Assembly: GCA_937625935.1 (NCBI GenBank)
Contig: OW569357.1
Location: forward strand, 186,001 to 250,000
Direction: 5' to 3'
DNA: 64,000 bases
DNA from: Tetramitus jugosus
Lineage: Eukaryota > Protista > Heterolobosea
In this document: positions 57,461-64,000 of the stretch, one piece after another
Numbering within the stretch: position 1 is the first letter of the stretch
Layout: each line of letters starts with the position of its first letter
Translations under genes and position numbers: made by a program
The notes under the pieces: model-generated
Databases searched by the model: none
Told to the model about the DNA's origin: nothing
What the model saw: only the letters and a program-made list of their open reading frames with translations

Positions 57461-58051
57461 TCATTGCATGGACGATAAAGATGGCGATGAAGAGGAGGAT
57501 GATGGTGAGACATGATGGTAGTCTTGATTGAGAGACAGACTCAAAAATTCCTTCACCAAATTCAAATCCACATTTCTCCAGTCTTCCTCTGAACTGTTCA
57601 AACGACTTTGATAATCAGAATACGTGTTGTTGTCTTCATTCACTTGTTCCTCTTCATCACAACAGTGAACATGAGTACGATAGGTGTTATTGTTGCTATA
57701 CTCTTCTTCCTCATCATTGTCTTCAAACGAAAGTAGACTGGGCTCATCATTTCTCCACAGTTGCTTATTAATAATATTCACAACAACATCATTGTCATAA
57801 GTTTCTTCTCTTTCTTCTTCCTTGTTGTCTTCTTGAGTTGAGACTTGTTCTTCTGCTTCTTCGTGCCTTAAGTGAGCCAAATCGAACATGATGGACATCG
57901 ACGACGATGACTCATGTACGTGAGGAACGATAATTGAAGTCTCTGACGATGATTCAACACCAATAACAGTAGTCGTTGTTGTTGTGATTCCTGTTGTTGT
58001 TGAATGATGAGAAATTGGAGCTGTAGGTGCAGTCGATGTGGATGATAACAT
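57461..58051 (-). CDS. Hypothetical acidic low-complexity protein
   Basis: ATG at 58051, about 196 aa, S/T/E-rich with no domain. The microsatellite polarity matches a minus-strand gene. Confidence 0.45.
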   Translation of the reverse strand: MLSSTSTAPTAPISHHSTTTGITTTTTTVIGVESSSETSIIVPHVHESSSSMSIMFDLAHLRHEEAEEQVSTQEDNKEEEREETYDNDVVVNIINKQLWRNDEPSLLSFEDNDEEEEYSNNNTYRTHVHCCDEEEQVNEDNNTYSDYQSRLNSSEEDWRNVDLNLVKEFLSLSLNQDYHHVSPSSSSSSPSLSSMQ

Positions 58052-58249
58052 GATGGAAAATGTGGCGAAGGTATCTGGTTGTTGCGAGAGTTCGTACGAT
58101 GGCTCGTGTTGTAAGTCAGATGATTCCCGCAATGGGATTCTATTTCGTGTTGTGAACTTTCCCAAAAACAAAGAATAATGGGCGATTTATTACTCCGAGA
58201 TATCATCTGATCTGATGCGTTCTCGAGGATGTAGAGGTAGACTCACGAC

Positions 58250-60568
58250 TCAGTAGACGTAGAAGGGAGCGCTGGTCTCTTCATAGGAATTCTCTAACAC
58301 ATCTGAGCTTCCATCCTCACTCATAAATGTGTCTTGATCATCATTCGGTGTATACACCAAAAGCTGCATCGTCGTTGGTTCCTCTGTGTCTTGTACAGGG
58401 AAAAAGTATTCAGGTGGTAATTGAAGCCACCCTTCTTCCTCAAAATCAAAGTATCGAACTTCAGAGATGACAGATGGTGATACACAAGAGTCGCCCAGTA
58501 TCGTTTGACATACACTCGAGGCAGATATTCCCTTCTTTGATGTAATAACGGGCAGTTGTTTCTTGATGAGGCGATAGTTTTCATCTGACTCACTTGTGAA
58601 CCGATAACGTATATATACAAGACAGTTTTTGTGACTGTCGAGCTCCTTTGTGGCTTGCATCTGATCCATGTACGAAAATGTTGGGATAGGAGGAGACGCA
58701 ACAAAGTGTGAGCCATATTCCTGAGAACTGATTGGCATATATTGAATCGGTCTCTGGAAGTCGGTTGGATAAGTATGTTTTCCTGAAACCGCACGACTAT
58801 AAATCTCCTGACTTAACTGGCTCAATGGTGTAATAGGAGTAGCCTCACCATCAGATTCGGTATCCTTTTCTTCTACTCTTCTAACCTTTCTTCGCTTTGG
58901 TTCATGAGGAGTCTCAACTTCATCATCAGAATAGTTCTTTCTCGATCGGACAAATCGTTGATGCGCTTTGCTTTGTCTCTTTCTCTTGTCAGCGGCTCTG
59001 CTGCCTGCTGGTTCGTTACCCTCCTTCAATAATTGTAATATTGTCTGTAATCCATCGTCATCGTTATCAATAGAAGCTCTAGATCGTCTTGTTCTTCTAC
59101 CTCGTCTACTATCGGTGGTATTCAACAACGTTTCGTTCTGGAACAGTTGAAACTCACCAAAATTTGATTTCGTCAGCTGACTCCAATAATTACGAGCAAA
59201 TATACGACGAACTGGATCAACTGGGCGTATTTCATCATCAACTGTTGAAATGTGTTGATCAATCTGGTCAATCTCGTCGAAATCATTTTGCATCACAGTA
59301 TCATAGTCGTCTCCCTCCAAAAAATTGTCAGCATCATTCAAATGATCCAATTTTTCTCTTCCCTTGCCTTTTCTATTCTTGACACGTTCTGATACACGAG
59401 GAACCTGTACTTTTACCTTCTTCTCTGCGGTTGGCTTCCTCTCGCTTGTCTTCTTTTCTTGAGAAGATTTTTCAACAACTCTTGGCTCAGTGCCCTTCTT
59501 CTCCACTTTCTCCGTCTTTTCTTGCTTCTTTTCTTGTTTCTTGTCTGGCTTCTTGTCCGATGCCTTATCGGATGAAGCTTTTTTCCTTTCATTCTTCTTT
59601 TGCTCCTCTTTTTTCGCCTTCTCTTGCTCTTGTGCAAGCTTCTTTGCTTGACATTCCATACAGAACCATTCACCATCAGGAATTGCTTCTAATGGAGGAC
59701 TAGCACATTCACAATGACAAGCATTGTTGCAACCATCACACAGAATGAGTAATCCACCTTGACGACAAACATAACACACATCCATGTCTTCCAATGGCAC
59801 TTGTTCCACAACTGGAGCTGCAATCGTTTCTATTGGAGGTGCCACCTCAACCACAGACTTATCGGAAGGTGTTCTCTTCTTTAATCTCCGTCTTGTTACA
59901 CCTGTTCTTCTTCGACTGGACTTTGGATTCTTTTCGGAACCATCATTTGGGTTTTCACTTGATTCCATTGGAGTACTTTTGTCCTCTGCTTCTTCATTGT
60001 CCCCTGCTGTTGCAGTCAATGTATCGACAGAAGTACCAGTTTCTGTAGAAATTGCATCCTTGTTATCACCATTGCTTTCACTCAACTTTTCATCAACCGA
60101 GGAGGACGATGGTAGTGATGAAGATGAGGCACCACTCTTATTTTCTTCGCCCTCATGATCACTTTTTTGTTTTTGCTGTGGATCCGAGTTCATCTGACTC
60201 AACTCTTCGAGTGCTTCTCGAATAGCTTCCAGTAGTCCACTCTCTTCCTTGGCATCTCCCTTTGCAAATTCCTTGGATTTGGATCTCATCCATTGAGCAC
60301 TTTCCTTGTTGAACAATCTTGCTTGATCCACTCGAATGGATCCCCATTTGCCACACGATTCGGGACCAAAGAATCGAACGTAAAATTTCTTGTTCGTATA
60401 ACTGTCATTTAGGATCATGGCAGGCCATGGAGCATAACCTTCGATTGTAGCCCATACGATTTGACCAGGTTGGTTTGTTTCATCTGTCAATGCCGGTGCA
60501 TGTTGCCGAAGTTGTGATTTCCGGAGAGAAACTTGGCGTTGTGAAGAATCACTTCTGTTGCTAACCAT
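58250..60568 (-). CDS. PWWP and PHD finger chromatin reader
   Basis: GQIVWATIEGYAPWPA..YVRFFG (PWWP) and CYVC..GGLLILCDGC..HCEC..IPDGEWFCMEC (PHD); basic NLS-like tracts. Confidence 0.9.
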   Translation of the reverse strand: MVSNRSDSSQRQVSLRKSQLRQHAPALTDETNQPGQIVWATIEGYAPWPAMILNDSYTNKKFYVRFFGPESCGKWGSIRVDQARLFNKESAQWMRSKSKEFAKGDAKEESGLLEAIREALEELSQMNSDPQQKQKSDHEGEENKSGASSSSLPSSSSVDEKLSESNGDNKDAISTETGTSVDTLTATAGDNEEAEDKSTPMESSENPNDGSEKNPKSSRRRTGVTRRRLKKRTPSDKSVVEVAPPIETIAAPVVEQVPLEDMDVCYVCRQGGLLILCDGCNNACHCECASPPLEAIPDGEWFCMECQAKKLAQEQEKAKKEEQKKNERKKASSDKASDKKPDKKQEKKQEKTEKVEKKGTEPRVVEKSSQEKKTSERKPTAEKKVKVQVPRVSERVKNRKGKGREKLDHLNDADNFLEGDDYDTVMQNDFDEIDQIDQHISTVDDEIRPVDPVRRIFARNYWSQLTKSNFGEFQLFQNETLLNTTDSRRGRRTRRSRASIDNDDDGLQTILQLLKEGNEPAGSRAADKRKRQSKAHQRFVRSRKNYSDDEVETPHEPKRRKVRRVEEKDTESDGEATPITPLSQLSQEIYSRAVSGKHTYPTDFQRPIQYMPISSQEYGSHFVASPPIPTFSYMDQMQATKELDSHKNCLVYIRYRFTSESDENYRLIKKQLPVITSKKGISASSVCQTILGDSCVSPSVISEVRYFDFEEEGWLQLPPEYFFPVQDTEEPTTMQLLVYTPNDDQDTFMSEDGSSDVLENSYEETSAPFYVY

Positions 60569-61967
60569 TGTTTTTTTTTTGTTTGAGCTTTGGTGACCGA
60601 AGGAAGGAACGCTTCGTATCGCGCATTTTCCAATGAGAGGAGAGAGCGGAGAATGCCACCATGGTTGACCGTGTCTACATGAGTGATAGGTATGACAAGA
60701 TAGGTGGAGTTGTGCTCACACAATACTAGAAGAGAGGGAGACGAGATGAAGAAGGGAAATGACAGGGTGAAAGGGAATTGGAGACGAGAGGGTTGTTCGA
60801 GCACAAGAAAGGACACCTTTCACCATACTTGTGGTCATTGAACAAGTAGCCATTCATTCATCCTTAAGGACAACGGTTCAGTAGAATATGACACATCCTG
60901 AGAAGAGTTTTTTGATACGTGTTGTAAAGAGTCAGTGGAAAAGAGATGGCTATTGGGCCAATGAATAGCAAATCATGTAAATTCGATGAACAACTGCCTA
61001 CTCCTTGAACCACCATGACACTCGATCGAGAAAGTTTATGAGGTTGGAGTTCTGTTGATCTCAATTTGCTCGTCATCTGCCAGAATTTACAATGACCATA
61101 CTGTAGGTAGCCAAAGCAGATACAAACAGATTGGAATCTTGATCAGTAACTGAGAGCATCAATGGTATCGTATTCTCCAACAATCACAGGAAGGCCATGT
61201 CGAATGTTCAGCTTCACTGGAGCTTGTCAGTTGGTCGATACTGGTATTGTTTTTCTTCATCAAACAGCTCCTTGTTGGTTACGAACGACCTCTTTTCCGG
61301 AAGTCCCTTTCCACAATACTGGAACATACATTGCAACTAACGAGATATGATTCTTCAATGTCAACACAACCCAAAAAAAGAGATCTTGAGAAAGCACTAC
61401 GGCAAAGTAAGAAACATGACCAGCCAAACAAACCAAAAAAAGGAGACAATGATCTCCATCTTCAAAACTTGGACGAGATGAGATTATTCAGGTTGCACTC
61501 TTTCTGTTCTTCTTGAATCGTTAATGAATTCTGAAGAAAGTGAACAAGTAGTGCAATAACTTCAAACAGCACAGAGCTTCATTGTGGGGATCAAACGCTG
61601 GCTCGTACGATTCAGAAATATCAAGAAGGAATCGATATCAAAACCCTTGGCAATTTTCTATTCCCAAGCAGCTTATTTTATGGAGAAAATAGTTGCTCTG
61701 CTCTTGACAGGGTTGATTCAGAAGCGAGTTGGCATTGACATGAGAATTCAACCTTAAACATTACTAGGACATTAAGATAGAAACCTATGCTAAGTCCCCA
61801 ATAAAAGAATACAATAACATTTTATCAGTCTCAATTTTGTTACAACCTTCAAAAAAATACATTGTTTCTTGAATTGAATTTCGAGTTTTTTCTTGAAATG
61901 TCAATTTCACACGCGCAACAAAAAACAAACACAATCATCATCGGTACCAACAACAAATCCCAAAAAC

Positions 61968-64000
61968 ATGATGGACAATCAAGTTCTGCAACAGATTTTG
62001 CTTGCTGTTGAGGTGACTCACAACCCTTCCTCAAATCCAATCGAAAGAAAAAATGCTCAAGACGTACGTTCAATTTTCATCATTCTTTTTTTTTCTTCGT
62101 TTTAAAAAAGCCATCGTTGCTGACACACCCAATACCATCATGAATATTTCTACGTTGTTACTACTAGTATCTAGAAAATTTTAAAGTTTCCAATGCCATC
62201 AACTTGGGTGCCTACGCCATTCATATGATTGCCAAGGAACACAGTGATGTTGTGCGATACTTTGGTTTCCATTTGATCGAATACATGATCAATAATCAGT
62301 GGGGCGTCTCATTGCAAGCACCTCAAAAACTCGAAGTGAAAAATGTCTTGTTAAACTATGCTGCATCAGGTACCAAGGGCGTCATGGAAGAAAAACAGTT
62401 CATAAAGACAAAGTTGTGTTCATTGATTGTGGAAGTGATGAAGAGAGAGTGGCCTCAGAATATGCCTGATATTTTGGACAAGGTGGTTCAGTTGGCATCC
62501 ATGGGTATGACTCAATCAGAGTTGTCAGTCATGGTCATCAGTACATTGGCACAAGATGTCTCTAGTGATTTCTCAAGGTATGTTGTTCTCGTGGGTCACT
62601 ATTGGAGGAGCTGGGTGATATATGTTGTGAATGGTGACTGACATGATACGCGATTGTGTGTGTGTTTTTTGTTGCTTATTGTTTGTTGACTTTGTTTAAC
62701 ACATTTCATTTTTGTTGATTATGGACACTCATTAGTGATATGGACGTGGAGCGAAAAAAGGAAGTGATTGAAGGCTTGAAAAAGTTTCTGGATCCAGTAT
62801 TTGGTTTCCTCTTTAATATGTTTGACAGTCGATACAAGGATTATACGAATGCATCGAACAATGAAGTTCGGTCGATGAATGAAAAGATTTTGAACGAGTT
62901 GTTGCAGACGAGTGTTTCGTTGATCAACGATTGGATTTCACCAAACGTCTTTTTCCAACACAATTTCATTAATATATGGTGCTATTTAATCTCAGAGAGT
63001 AATTTGAAGGAGACTGCTGCGGAATGTCTATTGCTTTTTACGAATAGAAAATGGGCAGACACTGGTATTGAAGTGAACAATATTGTGAACTTTTTGAACG
63101 TGTTCTGTACGAAATGTGTGGAAATTATGCGAAAGATTGATGATGATACAATTTTGGATGATTACACATTCCATAAGACCTTGGCGAAGATTGTCGGTGG
63201 ATTCGGCTCAACAAACATGCATTTGTTGAAGAAGGAACACTCACAATTTGCTGAAATCTTTTATGATCTCGTCTTGGAATTCACAAAGTATCCATCACAA
63301 GTGATTTGCGGAGAAGTGACACCTGTTTGGGCTGTTGCTTTCGAACCAAAGAAGGAAGAAGTGGCCATTGCGTTCACTAGTGAACCATTCTTTGATAAAT
63401 ACTATGCTCCACTATTAGAAGCATGCAGCAATAAGATGCTGCGTGAAATTGGTAACCCAGATAATGAGGCCTTTTCGGAAGCAATGATGAATCAAACATC
63501 ATCACTCGAATTCCAGGACAAGAATGAATATACTCAATACTTTGGTTCATTTAGATCAAAGTTGACCCATATTGTGAAGTCTATTGCAGATAAGAAACCT
63601 GATGATTGCCTATTGTTTGTAGCAAGAGGCATTGAGGGCGTTTTGAAGAGAAACGCTCCTGCGCCAAATGACAAACGAACACCAACAGGTCTCCTAGATA
63701 TTTCCAGTCATACATACGTCATTTGGGAAGGTGCATCGACGATGCTCGAATGGGTGATTCAAGGAATTGCATTCAACAAAATGAAACCCGATAATCAATG
63801 TTTTAAAGTGTTAGAGACATTGTTGCAAATGTTGTTGTCATTCCAGACCAAAGATCCGCTCATTCAAGCAAGATATTTGCATTCGATCCAAGTGCTCACT
63901 CCACTGTATAAATTCAATCATGCTGCATTGGATGCCACCCTGAATCATCTATTTATGCAAATGCAATTCCGTTTGGACAATGAAGTGAATATCTCCCTAT
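61968..64000 (+). CDS. XPO5: Exportin-5-like karyopherin; at least 3 exons, 3'-partial
   Basis: Exons 61968-62063, 62168-62577 and 62736->64000; introns GTACGT..TAG and GTATGT..TAG. IBN_N region (ERKNAQDYLENFK, VRYFGFHLIE..W) and EVMKREWPQ. The frame stays open to the window end. Confidence 0.8.

Overview
This is gene-dense nuclear DNA from a eukaryotic protist, read with the standard genetic code. It holds about 30 protein-coding genes, 14 short GT-AG introns I could place by hand (10 with a GTATGT donor), one tRNA-Thr(AGT), and many CAA/CAT microsatellites that encode poly-N/Q/S/H/T tracts. The GP63-like M8 protease, the centriole/cilia-type genes and a secretin-derived ORF point to a heterolobosean (Naegleria-like) amoeboflagellate, but that placement is an inference. 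Recognisable genes: HMG-CoA reductase fused to an ACBP domain, leishmanolysin, MMADHC, RPB11, C2CD3-like, CLoG1-like, a CBM52-type secreted protein, gp210/Nup210, G-alpha, CAF1, an AZUL-HECT (UBE3A-like) ligase, PanC, GH18, OXLD1-like, TSC1-like, RasGEF, ubiquitin-RAD51, a PH-domain protein, an ANTH adaptor, a RimK-family ligase, BRX1, FAM228-like, an ANKFN1-domain protein, GNAT, PWWP-PHD and exportin-5. Four observations stand out: (1) a low-complexity ORF hiding the C-terminal signature of a bacterial secretin (GspD), a candidate part of a mitochondrial T2SS-derived system; (2) an in-frame ubiquitin-RAD51 fusion with no separate RAD51 start; (3) a bacterial-type HMG-CoA reductase fused to ACBP; (4) a RimK ATP-grasp ligase with a signal peptide. 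I saw no CRISPR array, rRNA or intact mobile element. All family calls come from recognising motifs by eye, not from database searches.
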